Shown one piece after another: positions 38,415-48,972 of a DNA stretch of 64,000 nucleotides (within the stretch, counting starts at the first letter, position 1; each line of letters begins with the position of its first letter). Under the pieces are notes generated by a model. That model did no database searches and had not been told where the DNA came from. It worked only from the letters and a program-made list of their open reading frames with translations. A program made the position numbers and the translations under genes. The DNA is from Clostridia bacterium (lineage in GTDB: Bacteria; Bacillota; Clostridia; TANB77; CAG-508): positions 2,080 through 66,079 of the forward strand of contig CAAEVK010000037.1 of the NCBI GenBank assembly GCA_900759475.1, read 5' to 3'.

Positions 38415-39489
38415 ATGGGAAAAAGAGAAATACCAAAAAAAGAAATAAAAGGAAAAAGTAAAAAGAAAAAGTTAAATTGGTTAAGAATAATATTAGTTGC
38501 TCTATTAATTGCATTAGTAGTTTGGGTAGCTTATTTTATTTATCAAATTAACCAAAATGGAGGAGGAATGCAAGGTATGCTTGCAACTCTTGTAGGACAT
38601 AATTCAGAAACATTAAAAGATTTAGAGCCATTATATTGTTTGATGCTCGGAGAAAGTGTTAGTGGAGATTCAAGACTAACAGACACTATTATTGTCTGCA
38701 AGTATGACCCTAAAACTCAAAAAGCAGCAATGTTATCTATTCCAAGAGATACTTTTATAGGAACAAATCCGGATACAGCAACTCCATACTATAAAATTAA
38801 TAATGCCTATAAAATGGGAGAAGATCCAGAAAATGCAGTAAAAGCAGTAAATGAAATAACGGGATTAGACATAAAATATTATGTTCTTATTAATACAAAT
38901 GTTTTAAAAGATGTAGTGGATGCTATTGGAGGAGTATATTTTGATGTGCCAATCGATATGTATTATACATGGGATACCGAACAAGATTTATATATTGACC
39001 TAAAAAAAGGATATCAATTATTAGATGGGGACAAAGCAGAACAAGTTGTAAGATTTAGACATAATAATGACCGGTTCATCTTATCCATATGAATATGGTG
39101 GAGAAAACCATGGTAGAATGAAGACACAAATGGCATTTTTAAAAGCAGTGGCAGAACAAACGCTAAAGCCAGAAAATATATTAAAAATAGGTGAATTTAT
39201 AGATATTTTTCATAAAAATGTAAAAACGAACTTATCAATAGAAACAATGAAAGACTATATTCCATATGCAGTAAATTTCAGTACTGAAAACTTAAAAACA
39301 GAGGAACTACCAGGAAAAGATGATAGAGCAAAACAAACAGGATATTGGTTTTTCTATCCAGATGCAGTAAAAACAAAAGAAATAGTAGATGAATTATTTT
39401 TAAATGTAGAATCAGAGGAAGCAGAAAATACGATTAGTAATAATACTAACACTGATGCTAATAATACTCTAACTAACACAAACTCATAA
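38415..39489 (+). CDS. LytR-CpsA-Psr (LCP) family cell-wall polymer ligase; requires a CGG +1 shift at 39072
   Basis: The track splits it into 38415..39092 and 39067..39489. Skipping C39072 joins ..VRFRHNND-G-SSYPYEYGGENHGRMKTQMAFLKAV. Upstream are DTIIV...LSIPRD LCP motifs and an N-terminal TM anchor. Confidence 0.85.
39072..39074 (+). other. CGG +1 recoding site 6 (aat gac C GGT tca)
   Basis: In-frame CGG exactly at the junction of the two LCP half-ORFs. Confidence 0.8.
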
Positions 39490-39602
39490 AAAATAACTTT
39501 GCTATATGTACGAGTTTGCTCCATAAATGGCATAGTCTAAAGAAATTTATCCTTGTTGCATAGAATAAACTGTTATTCAATAATTTATCAATTGCAACAA
39601 CA
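39490..39602 (+). repeat. dispersed intergenic repeat, copy C (divergent)
   Basis: actttgctatatgtacgagtttgctccataaatggcatagtctaaagaaatttatccttgttgcatag...attgcaacaacaa. The stem carries a T:A to C:G compensatory change. Confidence 0.7.
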
Positions 39603-39711
39603 AAATAAAAAGTCGAAATTTGACACACAAAAATAATTGAAAAATACCATAAGATGTGATAATGTAAAGTTATTACATCTTATGGTATTTTTTTAATTGT
39701 TTATTATATTC

Positions 39712-40947
39712 TTAATCTACTTTTTTTGTTCTAAAGATTAATAGACAAACAAAAAACAATAACAAAACAATAAAAAATATTTTTAGGGAAATAGGCAAAA
39801 TATTTTCTTTTTCTACAGCTGTTTCAGCTAACAAATCAGACTGATACACAATATCTTCTACAATATATTGAACATGATCTACTACTTCACCTTTTGCAAT
39901 AGGAGCTGCTAAATTTTCTTTTAATGTTATTTGGGGCAAAATAGGGTTTTCTATATTTTGTTTTGAAATAAAAACAGAAATTTCATCTTTTACTAATAAA
40001 TTCAAATTTTTTGTTTCTAAAGTTCCACCTTTTATTTCAATAGTTTTTAAAACCGAATTTGCATTTTGAATTTTTTCAATGTTGTAATTTTCATAAGCAT
40101 AATTAAAAAGTTGGATGGTATCAGAATATCTTTGACTAATACTGTTAGCATCTTGTGCACCACCTAATACGGTAACAATAAAATCTAATCCGTTATTGGA
40201 ACTTTGTGCAACTAAACAATTACCAGCAGGTGTTGTAAAGCCAGTTTTAATCCCAATGGCATAGGGATAATAATAGTTATTGATTTCAAGATTATTATTT
40301 GGCTTTAATAAAGCATTTGTTGTTGTAAATACCCTATCGTCTAAACCATACTGTTTAGTAGCAGGTAAAGAACAAGAAGTTTTACATACAATGCTTCTAA
40401 AAATATTATTTTTCATAGCATATTGTCCAATTAAAGCTAAATCGTAGGCAGTAGAATAATGGTCATTACTATGAATACCACTTGGATTAACAAAATGCGT
40501 ATTTTTACAACCAATTTCAACAGCTTTTTGGTTCATCATATTTGCAAATTCAGCAATGGATCCAGCAATATGTTCTGCTAAAACATTGGCAGCATCATTA
40601 GCAGAAGGAATTAAAAGAACATGTAGCAATTGATCAATAGTAAATTGTTCTCCAACTTGCAAATTAGCACGAGAATAACCAGCTGGAACTGACTTAACAG
40701 CATTAGAGCTAACAGTTGCTATATCAGTTAGTTGTGCATTTTCTAAAACTAAAATTGCAGTCATAATTTTAGTAGTACTAGCAGGATACATTGTTTTATT
40801 AGATTCTTTTTCGTATAGAATCTTTCCAGTATCAGCATGTATTAAAACAGCACTAGGACATTGCACATCAGGAACTTCTGCAAAACAATAACTAGAAAAA
40901 CAAAAAATTATTACAAAAATTAAAAAAAATATTTTTTTACAATTCAT
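39712..40947 (-). CDS. D-alanyl-D-alanine carboxypeptidase (S11, PBP5/DacB-like)
   Basis: Signal peptide, ASTTKIMTA (SxxK), SANDA (SxN) and KTGFT (KTG) motifs, and a C-terminal membrane anchor. Confidence 0.9.
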   Translation of the reverse strand: MNCKKIFFLIFVIIFCFSSYCFAEVPDVQCPSAVLIHADTGKILYEKESNKTMYPASTTKIMTAILVLENAQLTDIATVSSNAVKSVPAGYSRANLQVGEQFTIDQLLHVLLIPSANDAANVLAEHIAGSIAEFANMMNQKAVEIGCKNTHFVNPSGIHSNDHYSTAYDLALIGQYAMKNNIFRSIVCKTSCSLPATKQYGLDDRVFTTTNALLKPNNNLEINNYYYPYAIGIKTGFTTPAGNCLVAQSSNNGLDFIVTVLGGAQDANSISQRYSDTIQLFNYAYENYNIEKIQNANSVLKTIEIKGGTLETKNLNLLVKDEISVFISKQNIENPILPQITLKENLAAPIAKGEVVDHVQYIVEDIVYQSDLLAETAVEKENILPISLKIFFIVLLLFFVCLLIFRTKKVD

Positions 40948-41060
40948 TTTTTAACTCCATTTTTTACTTAATAAATAATATATATGAAAAAACCTTAAAA
41001 TTCAAGAAAAATATAAAATATAATGATAAAGTTATAAAATAAAAATAAAAGGAGAAAAAC

Positions 41061-41649
41061 ATGGAAAATTTAACACTTAAGCAGAAAATAGTATTTATGT
41101 CTGTAATGATTATTATGATTGTTACTATAGGATATTACTTTATTCAAGATAAAAATGATGAAGAATTTGACATATACTCTGCCGTAGAAAATATGGAGGA
41201 AAACGACATAGAGGAAAAAGAGACAAAAATTATTATTCATATTGTAGGTTGTGTGGAAAATGAAGGAATTGTAGAACTAAAACAAGGAGCAAGAATAGCA
41301 GATGCTATAGAGGCAGCAGGAGGGTTAACATCAGATGCAAACCTTACAAATGTTAATCTAGCAGTTTTATTACAAGACGGGCAAAAAATAAAAATACCAA
41401 GTAATATAGAAGACACAACATCAGAAGAAGATTTATTGTGGACAGAACCAGAAAAAGATAAAGTAAATATTAATACAGCAACACAAACGGAATTAGAAAC
41501 TTTAACACGGTATAGGACCATCTACAGCATTAAAGATTATTGAATATAGAAATAAAAATGGAAAATTTAAAACAATAGAGGAATTAAAAAATGTATCTGG
41601 AATAGGGGAAACAAAATATGCAGAAATAGAAGAAAAAATTTGTATATAA
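41061..41649 (+). CDS. comEA: competence protein ComEA (SLBB + helix-hairpin-helix); requires a CGG +1 shift at 41508
   Basis: The track ORF ends at 41543 in nonsense (TRYRTIYSIKDY*). Skipping C41508 gives VNINTATQTELETLT-G-IGPSTALKIIEYRNKNGKFKTIEELKNVSGIGETKYAEIEEKI, the canonical double HhH. Confidence 0.9.
41508..41510 (+). other. CGG +1 recoding site 7 (tta aca C GGT ata)
   Basis: In-frame CGG. The +1 frame restores the GIGP HhH motif and runs 47 codons to the stop at 41647-41649. Confidence 0.85.
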
Positions 41650-41816
41650 GATATTTTATTGAAGAATATAATCCTTCATGATATATATTAAATTACAATA
41701 AAAAAGGTATTTAGTTAAATAAGTCTTAAGTAATCAGAGCAAAATATATGTTATTCGTTCCACTTAGACAAATTTAGGAAACCTAACCTGATTGCACAAG
41801 AAATGGAGGATAAAAA

Positions 41817-43571
41817 ATGAAATATTTAAAAAGTTTTGAAGAATGTTGTTTAGAAGAAAAAGCATATCAGTTGTTAAAACAATATCAATTGGGAAAAAAT
41901 GAGGTTCCTGCTAATAAAATAGGTAGGTCTGCTAATAAGGAGGTCAAATTTTATTGTGAAATATGTAAAAAAACTTGGCATAAGAATTTAAACAAAATCA
42001 AAGATTTAAAAAAAACAAAATGCCCATACTGTGCTCACACAAAAGTAAGTAACTCTTATAACTTGGCAGTAATTTATCCAGATACTATAAACTATTGGGA
42101 TTATGAAAAAAATGAAAAGGAACCAAACCAATATATGCCTAAAAGTCAAAAAGAAGTTTTTTGGAAGTGTAATATATGTGGAAACCAATGGAAAGAAAAA
42201 ATTAAAGATAGAGTAAGTTCTTATAAAGGAAAAACAAAAAGGAATACATACTGTCCATTTTGTGCTCATGAAAGAGTATGGTCACAATACAATTTGTTAA
42301 CAGAATATCCAGAAATTGCTCGTCAATGGAATTATGAAAAAAATGGGTTATTAACACCAATGGACGTATTTCCAAAAAGTCAGCAGGAAGTTTATTGGAA
42401 ATGCGATTTTAATCCCAACCATGTGTGGAAGGACAGAATTTGCAATCGTACGGTATTGCATAGAACTTGCCAAAAATGCGCTAAAGAATTTAAAATTGGT
42501 TATCCAGCAAAAGTAATTTATTATTATCTTAAACAAAAATTTCCAGATTGTTTATGTGAAATGAAAATGGGGAGATTTTTTATAGATTTAGTTATTCCTA
42601 GTTATAAAATTGCAATTGAACATGATGGACATTATATTCATAAAAGTCAGGAGGCTAAAAATAGAGACAACAGAAAAGACGAAAAATTACAAGAAGAAGG
42701 ATATCATGTCATTCGACTAAAAGAAGTAATGCAAAAAAATGCAAGAATAATAAGAAAGAAAAACATTATTTATTACCCATATACCTATCAATACGAGTAT
42801 TTAGATGGACTTACAGAGTACTTATTTCAATATTTAAATGAATTACTACATATTAATTATACAATAAAACCTAATCATGAACAAGATAATACTAAAATAG
42901 AACAACTATATTTTCACGAAAAAAAGAAGAGAACTCTTGCCGTACAAAGACCAGATATTGCCAAAGAATGGAGTCCGCAGAACAAACAAAAACCAGATAT
43001 GATATCTTGTTACAATTCTTCAAAAGTATTATGGTTTTGTAGCCAATGTAACAAAACGTATTCTGCTAGTATTTCTAATAGAACACAACATGGCTCAGGC
43101 TGTACAAAATGTTCTATGCATAAAGCAAATGAAGGAAATTGTTTAGAAGTAACTTATCCAGAAATTGCAAAACAATGGGATTACGAAAAAAATGGAAAAT
43201 TTACCCCTAAAAATGTTCTGCCCAAAAGTGAAAAAGAAGTTTACTGGAAATGTGAAAAAGGTCATTGTTGGAAAAAGGCAATTTTCTTAAGAACAGAAGC
43301 CAAAGATAAGTCTTGTCCTATTTGCAAAATGGAAAAAAATTGTTTAAAGACGAAATATCCTCAATTAGAACAATGGTGGGACTATGAAAAAAATGGTTTC
43401 TTACGACCAGAAAATGTATCTTTTGCATCAAATAAGAAGGTGTGGTGGAAATGTCCAAATCAACATAGTTTTCTATATGCAATTAATAAAATGATAAGAA
43501 AAAAAGAAGAAAATTGGTGTAAAGAATGTAAAACTAAAATTGAACTGACCCACCAGTATAAAGAAAATTAA
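41817..43571 (+). CDS. multi-zinc-ribbon (DUF4379-like repeat) protein with central DUF559/Vsr-like PD-(D/E)xK endonuclease-fold domain
   Basis: At least six repeats of the pattern YP-x-IA-x-QWDYEKNG...P-x-S-x-KEV(Y/F)WKC...W...CP-x-C. The central FFIDLVIPSYKIAIEHDGHYIH...DEKLQEEGYHVIRL resembles DUF559. Confidence 0.7.
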   Translation: MKYLKSFEECCLEEKAYQLLKQYQLGKNEVPANKIGRSANKEVKFYCEICKKTWHKNLNKIKDLKKTKCPYCAHTKVSNSYNLAVIYPDTINYWDYEKNEKEPNQYMPKSQKEVFWKCNICGNQWKEKIKDRVSSYKGKTKRNTYCPFCAHERVWSQYNLLTEYPEIARQWNYEKNGLLTPMDVFPKSQQEVYWKCDFNPNHVWKDRICNRTVLHRTCQKCAKEFKIGYPAKVIYYYLKQKFPDCLCEMKMGRFFIDLVIPSYKIAIEHDGHYIHKSQEAKNRDNRKDEKLQEEGYHVIRLKEVMQKNARIIRKKNIIYYPYTYQYEYLDGLTEYLFQYLNELLHINYTIKPNHEQDNTKIEQLYFHEKKKRTLAVQRPDIAKEWSPQNKQKPDMISCYNSSKVLWFCSQCNKTYSASISNRTQHGSGCTKCSMHKANEGNCLEVTYPEIAKQWDYEKNGKFTPKNVLPKSEKEVYWKCEKGHCWKKAIFLRTEAKDKSCPICKMEKNCLKTKYPQLEQWWDYEKNGFLRPENVSFASNKKVWWKCPNQHSFLYAINKMIRKKEENWCKECKTKIELTHQYKEN

Positions 43572-43659
43572 TAAAATATATGATATAAATGATAATATCC
43601 AATAAATTAATGGAAAAATTCTAATCGAATATGTGCTTTGGAAAGGAATGATAGTAAGT

Positions 43660-45381
43660 ATGGAAAAAAATAATTTATATCCTGCTAAAGAATTTCAAAA
43701 CATTAAAGAACTATTGTATAACTCTGTAGAACAATATGGAAATAAGATAGCATTTGTTACAAAATACAAAAAAAATAATCAAATAGACTATGAAAACAAA
43801 ACGTATCAAGAACTATTAGAAGACATAAATGCTTTAGGGACAAAACTATTTGCCATGGGATTAAATAATAAAAGGTTTGCAATTGTTGGAAGAAATAGCT
43901 ACAAATGGGCATTAGCACATTTAACAAATTTATTAGGAGGAAATATTTCTGTTCCTTTAGACAAAGACTTGCAATATGATGAACTAGAATCTTCTCTTAT
44001 AAGAAGCAAAGCAGATGTAATATTCTTTGACGAAAAATATGAAGATAAAATATTACAAATAAAGAAAAATGGGAAAACAAATCTATCTCAATATATATGC
44101 TTTAACTCATTAAAAGGATTTTCTTCTATAGATGAATTAATAAAAGAAGGAAAAGCATTATTAAAAGAAGGTATAACAAACTTTACAAATGTTACAATTC
44201 AAGATAATGCATTAAGTATTTTACTGTTTACTTCAGGAACTACATCAAAATCAAAAGCAGTAATGTTGTCTCAAAAAAATATAGCATCAAATATATATGC
44301 TATGCAATGTGTAGAAAAATTTTATGATAATGACGTTAATATTGCTTTTTTACCATTTCATCATATTTTTGGTTCTACTTGTTTAGTTGTAATGCTAGCA
44401 TGTGGAGTAAAAACAGTTTTTCCAGATGGACTAAAATACATTAAACAAAATTTAAAAGAATACAAAGTTTCTGTATTTGTTGGTGTTCCACTATTGATAG
44501 AAGCAATGTATAAAAATATTACAAAAGAAATAGAAAAACAAGGAAAACAAAATTTAATAAATATAGCAATAAAAGTAAGTAATTTTTTATTAAAAATGCA
44601 TATTGATATAAGAAGAAAAATATTTAAACAAATTATAGATGGACTAGGAGGGTATTTAAGATTTGTTATATCGGGAGGAGCACCAGCAGATAGCAAAATT
44701 GCCCAAAATTTTATTAGTTTTGGAATAGAAACAGTACAAGGTTATGGACTAACAGAAACATCTCCTGTAATTTCAGCCGAAAATCCACAATATAAAAAAC
44801 AAGGTTCTGTAGGAATTCCAATGAAAAATGTTCAAGTAGAAATTGTGGAAAAAGACAAAGATGGAATTGGTGAAATAAGAGTCAAAGGTCCTAATGTAAT
44901 GCTAGGATACTATGAAAATGAAGAGGCGACAAAAGAAGTGCTAAAAAATGATTGGTTTTATACAGGAGATTTAGGATATCTAGACAAAGACGGTTTTTTA
45001 TTTATTACTGGTAGAAGAAAGAATATGATTGTATTAAAAAATGGAAAAAAAATATTTCCAGAAGAAGTTGAAACTTTAGTAAACCGTATAGATTTAGTAG
45101 AAGAAGCCATGGCATATGGTTTACCAGAAGAACAAGATAAAAATGATGTTAAGCTAGCGGTAAAAGTAGTTTATAATAAAGAACTAGTAAAAGAAAAATA
45201 TGGAGATATTTCTTTAGAAGAACTATACAAAATAATATGGGAGAAAATAAAAGAAATTAATAAAACATTTCCAAAATATAAATATATAAAAAATATGATT
45301 TTAACAGATGAAGAATTAATTAAAACAACAACCAAGAAAATAAAAAGACAAGAAGAAATGAAAAAAATAATGAATTTATAA
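43660..45381 (+). CDS. long-chain fatty-acid--CoA ligase (AMP-binding family)
   Basis: LLFTSGTTSKSKAVMLS AMP-binding P-loop, GYGLTETSP, YTGDLGYLDKDGFLFITGRRKNMI. Start chosen at the ATG at 43660; the track start at 43633 is a GTG. Confidence 0.85.
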   Translation: MEKNNLYPAKEFQNIKELLYNSVEQYGNKIAFVTKYKKNNQIDYENKTYQELLEDINALGTKLFAMGLNNKRFAIVGRNSYKWALAHLTNLLGGNISVPLDKDLQYDELESSLIRSKADVIFFDEKYEDKILQIKKNGKTNLSQYICFNSLKGFSSIDELIKEGKALLKEGITNFTNVTIQDNALSILLFTSGTTSKSKAVMLSQKNIASNIYAMQCVEKFYDNDVNIAFLPFHHIFGSTCLVVMLACGVKTVFPDGLKYIKQNLKEYKVSVFVGVPLLIEAMYKNITKEIEKQGKQNLINIAIKVSNFLLKMHIDIRRKIFKQIIDGLGGYLRFVISGGAPADSKIAQNFISFGIETVQGYGLTETSPVISAENPQYKKQGSVGIPMKNVQVEIVEKDKDGIGEIRVKGPNVMLGYYENEEATKEVLKNDWFYTGDLGYLDKDGFLFITGRRKNMIVLKNGKKIFPEEVETLVNRIDLVEEAMAYGLPEEQDKNDVKLAVKVVYNKELVKEKYGDISLEELYKIIWEKIKEINKTFPKYKYIKNMILTDEELIKTTTKKIKRQEEMKKIMNL

Positions 45382-45490
45382 CTTTAGAGTAAAAGGATGT
45401 CATAAAATAGAAATTCAAAAAAAACAGAAAATCCAGTTCGATAAGAACTGGATTTTTTAGGGATATCCCTTTAAACAAAAATTTCAAAAT

Positions 45491-45566
45491 TGGTTGCGGG
45501 GGGTAGACTCGAACTACCGACCTTTGGGTTATGAGCCCAACGAGCTGCCAACTGCTCCACCCCGCG
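45491..45566 (-). tRNA. initiator tRNA-fMet (anticodon CAT)
   Basis: C1:A72 mismatch (CGCGGGG.../...CCCCGCA), three G:C pairs closing the anticodon stem (GGGCTCATAACCC), encoded CCA. Confidence 0.9.
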
Positions 45567-45814
45567 ATATAATATTTTTAAATACTTATATAGTATACTC
45601 GCAAAAAATTGATTTGTCAACATTTTATGAAAAAAATGTGAATTTCTTGATAACTTTACTATCCTTTATATAAAAGTTGACTAAATAATATGAAATGCAT
45701 TCTTATATAGTATATGCTATGATATAAAAAATATAACCATAAAAAGGAAAATAGTATTGAAAAAGTAAAACGTGTAAAATATAATATACTTACAAAAATA
45801 GAGGAGGAAAAAGA

Positions 45815-47020
45815 ATGGAAAAGAAATTTGTTCATTATGCAGCAAATGAAGATAATCCTAAATGGGAAAGAATGACAATAAGAGAGGAAGAATTATATCA
45901 AAAACCAAATGAATCAAGAACAGAATTTGGGAGAGACCATAGTAGAATTTTATTTAGTAATTCTTATCGAAGATTAAAAAATAAAACACAAGTATTTTTT
46001 TCTCCAAAAGATGATCATATATGTACAAGGATAGAACATGTTAATAATGTAGAATGTGTAAGCTATAATATTGCCAATTGCTTAGGACTAAATACAGAAT
46101 TAACAAGAGCTATTGCAATAGCACATGATTTAGGACATGCTCCTTTTGGGCATAAAGGAGAAAAAGTATTGTCTAATATATCCCAAGAAGAGTTAGGAGA
46201 AAAATTTTGGCATGAAAAAAATGGATTATATTTAGTAGATAATATTGAATTATTAGAAAACACAAAAGGAAAAAAGAAAAATTTAAACTTAACTTATGCT
46301 GTAAGGGATGGAATTATTTCTCACTGTGGAGAAATTGACGAAAATGCACTAAAACCAAGGGAAGAGTTTATTGATTTAGCAAATTATACAAAACCAAACG
46401 AATATGCACCATTTACTTGGGAAGCATGTGTTGTAAAAATTGCAGACAAGATATCTTATTTGGGTAGGGATATAGAGGATGCTATTTCACTAGGAATTTT
46501 GGAAGAACAAGAATTAGACGAATTAAGACCATTATTTAATTATGTAAGAGATAAAATTAATAATACAGTTATTATTAGCACTTTAATTGGAGATTTAATA
46601 AATAATAGTAGTGTGGAAAAAGGTTTAGTTTTTTCTGAAAACTGTTTTAATATGATTAGTACAGTTAAAAAGTTTAATTATTTTCACATTTATCAAAATA
46701 AAAGATTAGCACCATCTGATAGATATTTTAATTATGTCATTAGAGAAATATATCAATTTTTTGTAGAATTATTTGATGGAGAGAATACTTGGGATTATAT
46801 ACAAAAATACAAAAAGTATTATCCTAAAATGGTAGAAAAGTTTATAGAATGGTTAGAAAAATATATAGATTTGCCAAATAGAAAAGAGCTAGAACTAGAT
46901 AATAAAATTGTGTACAATATTTGCGATAAAAAGGATTACATACGAGCTGTTATTACTTATATATCAGGCATGACAGATAATTATGCAATCGAAACTTATT
47001 ATAATATTGTTAGTTTTTAA
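45815..47020 (+). CDS. dGTP triphosphohydrolase-like HD-domain protein
   Basis: RTEFGRDHSRILFSNSYRRLKNKTQVF and IAHDLGHAPFGHKGE, characteristic of the Dgt family. Confidence 0.85.
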   Translation: MEKKFVHYAANEDNPKWERMTIREEELYQKPNESRTEFGRDHSRILFSNSYRRLKNKTQVFFSPKDDHICTRIEHVNNVECVSYNIANCLGLNTELTRAIAIAHDLGHAPFGHKGEKVLSNISQEELGEKFWHEKNGLYLVDNIELLENTKGKKKNLNLTYAVRDGIISHCGEIDENALKPREEFIDLANYTKPNEYAPFTWEACVVKIADKISYLGRDIEDAISLGILEEQELDELRPLFNYVRDKINNTVIISTLIGDLINNSSVEKGLVFSENCFNMISTVKKFNYFHIYQNKRLAPSDRYFNYVIREIYQFFVELFDGENTWDYIQKYKKYYPKMVEKFIEWLEKYIDLPNRKELELDNKIVYNICDKKDYIRAVITYISGMTDNYAIETYYNIVSF

Positions 47021-47058
47021 TAATTAAAAAGCAGGAGTTAAAAGTAGACTTCTGCTTT

Positions 47059-47166
47059 TTGTTGTATAGGAAAATCGCAGATTTTTCCTATACAACAAAA
47101 ATACATTTCACAGAAAATTGCTATGCAATTTTCGCGAACGAACAAAGACGGAGCATATAAATGCAC
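47059..47166 (-). repeat. dispersed intergenic repeat, copy D (hairpin intact, core divergent)
   Basis: ttgttgtataggaaaatcgcagatttttcctatacaacaa, followed by the degenerate core ..attttcgcgaacgaac...gagcatataaatgcac. Confidence 0.6.
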
Positions 47167-47341
47167 TAAAATGATAAGGTATTTCAATCATGCTCCTTTT
47201 GTTCTTTGCCTTATCAATTAAAAAACTCAATTTAATTAGAATTTTTAATTTAGTTTTAAAGCTTTTTGCGAAGCTGTTAACATTTTGCGTAAACAAAGAA
47301 TATATTATACTATGATAAATTCAAAAAAATAGGAGGACATT

Positions 47342-48112
47342 ATGAAAGAGGTTTTAAAAGTAGAAAAAATAGCAAAGAAATACCAAGCAAAAAATGGTGA
47401 GATAGAAGCATTAAAGAATATTAGTTTTTCCATACAAGAAGGAGAATTTGTAAGTATTATTGGGCCAAGTGGTTGTGGAAAATCGACACTTCTTTCTATT
47501 ATTGCAGGACTAGAAACAAAAACATCAGGCAAGCTCTACATAAATGGAGAAGAAATTAGTGGTATATCTCCTAAAATAGGGTATATGTTACAAAAAGATA
47601 GCCTGTTAGAATGGAGAACTATTTTCAATAATGTAATGATAGGGCTGGAGATAAGGCATATTCGAACAAAGGAAAATGAAGCTTATGCAATAGAATTATT
47701 AAAAAAATATGGATTATATGAATTTAAAGACAAGTATCCAATACAATTATCTGGTGGAATGCGCCAAAGGGTAGCATTAATTAGAACATTAGCAATTAGA
47801 CCAGAAATTTTATTGCTGGATGAAGCTTTTTCTGCATTAGATTATCAAACAAGAATTATGGTAACAAAGGATATTTATGAAATATTAAAAAATGAAAATA
47901 TTACAGCACTGATAGTTACACATGATATATCAGAGAGTATTAGTATGTCAGATAGAATTATTGTTTTATCTGCAAGACCAGCTACCATAAAAAAAATATA
48001 CCATATTGATTTTGAAATAGCTAATAGAAATCCATTAAATTGCCGTGAAAGCCCTAAATTTAGTAAATATTTTGATAGCATATGGAAGGAGCTGCAAGTG
48101 TATGCAAAATAA
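47342..48112 (+). CDS. ABC transporter ATPase (NitT/TauT, SsuB-like)
   Basis: AGGAGG RBS; GPSGCGKSTLL, LSGGMRQR, LLLDEAFSALD. Confidence 0.9.
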   Translation: MKEVLKVEKIAKKYQAKNGEIEALKNISFSIQEGEFVSIIGPSGCGKSTLLSIIAGLETKTSGKLYINGEEISGISPKIGYMLQKDSLLEWRTIFNNVMIGLEIRHIRTKENEAYAIELLKKYGLYEFKDKYPIQLSGGMRQRVALIRTLAIRPEILLLDEAFSALDYQTRIMVTKDIYEILKNENITALIVTHDISESISMSDRIIVLSARPATIKKIYHIDFEIANRNPLNCRESPKFSKYFDSIWKELQVYAK

Positions 48113-48912
48113 TATTTCAGAAGATAGAAAAAAATATTTAAGGAAAATAACTTGGAATAAAATAGCTGTACTAACAACACAAATTTTGCTATTAATTGCT
48201 TTTATTGCTATTTGGGAAATTTTGGCAAAAATAAATGTGATTGATAGCTTTATTACTAGTTCACCAAGTAGAATTTTTAAAACATTAATGAATTTATCAG
48301 AAAATGATCTAATGAGACATTTGGGAGTAACCGCACTAGAAACGCTAATTGGTTTTTTGTCTGGTACATTTTTAGGGGTAATGATTGCAATTATTCTATG
48401 GTGGTCAAAATTTTTATCAAAAGTGGCAGAACCATTTTTAGTAGTGCTAAATAGTTTACCTAAAATTGCTTTAGGACCAGTAATTATTATCTGGGTAGGA
48501 GCAGGTATGCCAGCTATTATTGTAATGGCATTAGCAATATCTTTAATTGTTACCATATTAGAAATATTAAATGGATTTTTAAATACAGACAAAGAAAAAA
48601 TTAAAATGGTAAAAACCTTTAATGCTAATCGTTATCAGGTATTAACAAAAGTAGTATTGCCAGCTAACATTTCTACATTTGTTAATTCTTTAAAAATTAA
48701 TTTAGGATTATCTTTAGTGGGAGTTATCTCAGGAGAATTCCTAGTTTCCAAAGCTGGCTTGCGGATACTTAATTGTTTATGGAGGGCAAGTATTTAAATT
48801 AGACTTAGTAATGACAAGTGTTATTATTTTAGGAATATTTGCTGCGGTACTATATCAAGGGATTGTTTTATTAGAAAAAATCATTTTAAATTCCCATAAA
48901 TATGGAAATTAA
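48102..48912 (+). CDS. ABC transporter permease (SsuC/TauC-like); requires a CGG +1 shift at 48762
   Basis: Start at ATG 48102 (MQNNISEDRK), overlapping the ATPase stop. The track ORF ends at 48797 in nonsense. Skipping C48762 gives ..SKAGL-G-YLIVYGGQVFKLDLVMTSVIILGIFAAVLYQGIVLLEKII.., the normal last TM helix of this family. Confidence 0.85.
48762..48764 (+). other. CGG +1 recoding site 8 (ggc ttg C GGA tac)
   Basis: In-frame CGG. The +1 frame stays open for 50 codons to the stop at 48910-48912. Confidence 0.8.
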
Positions 48913-48972
48913 ACTATTTTAGGTAATGTAATAGGTTAGTCTTAGCTAACTCATCAAAAAGGAGGTAAAAAT

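Noticed and set aside
47100-47341. A TPP or other riboswitch upstream of the NMT1/THI5-like ABC operon.
   Set aside because: No CUGAGA or ACCUGAUCUGGAUAAUGCCAGCG-like TPP blocks. The long hairpin here (gaacaaag.cggagcat / atgctcc.tttgttc) belongs to the degenerate repeat copy D region.
47108-48592. Minus-strand ORFs 47108..47296, 47305..47532, 47875..48180 and 48035..48592.
   Set aside because: They are antisense to the ABC ATPase and permease genes or lie inside the divergent repeat copy D. The translations have no motifs.
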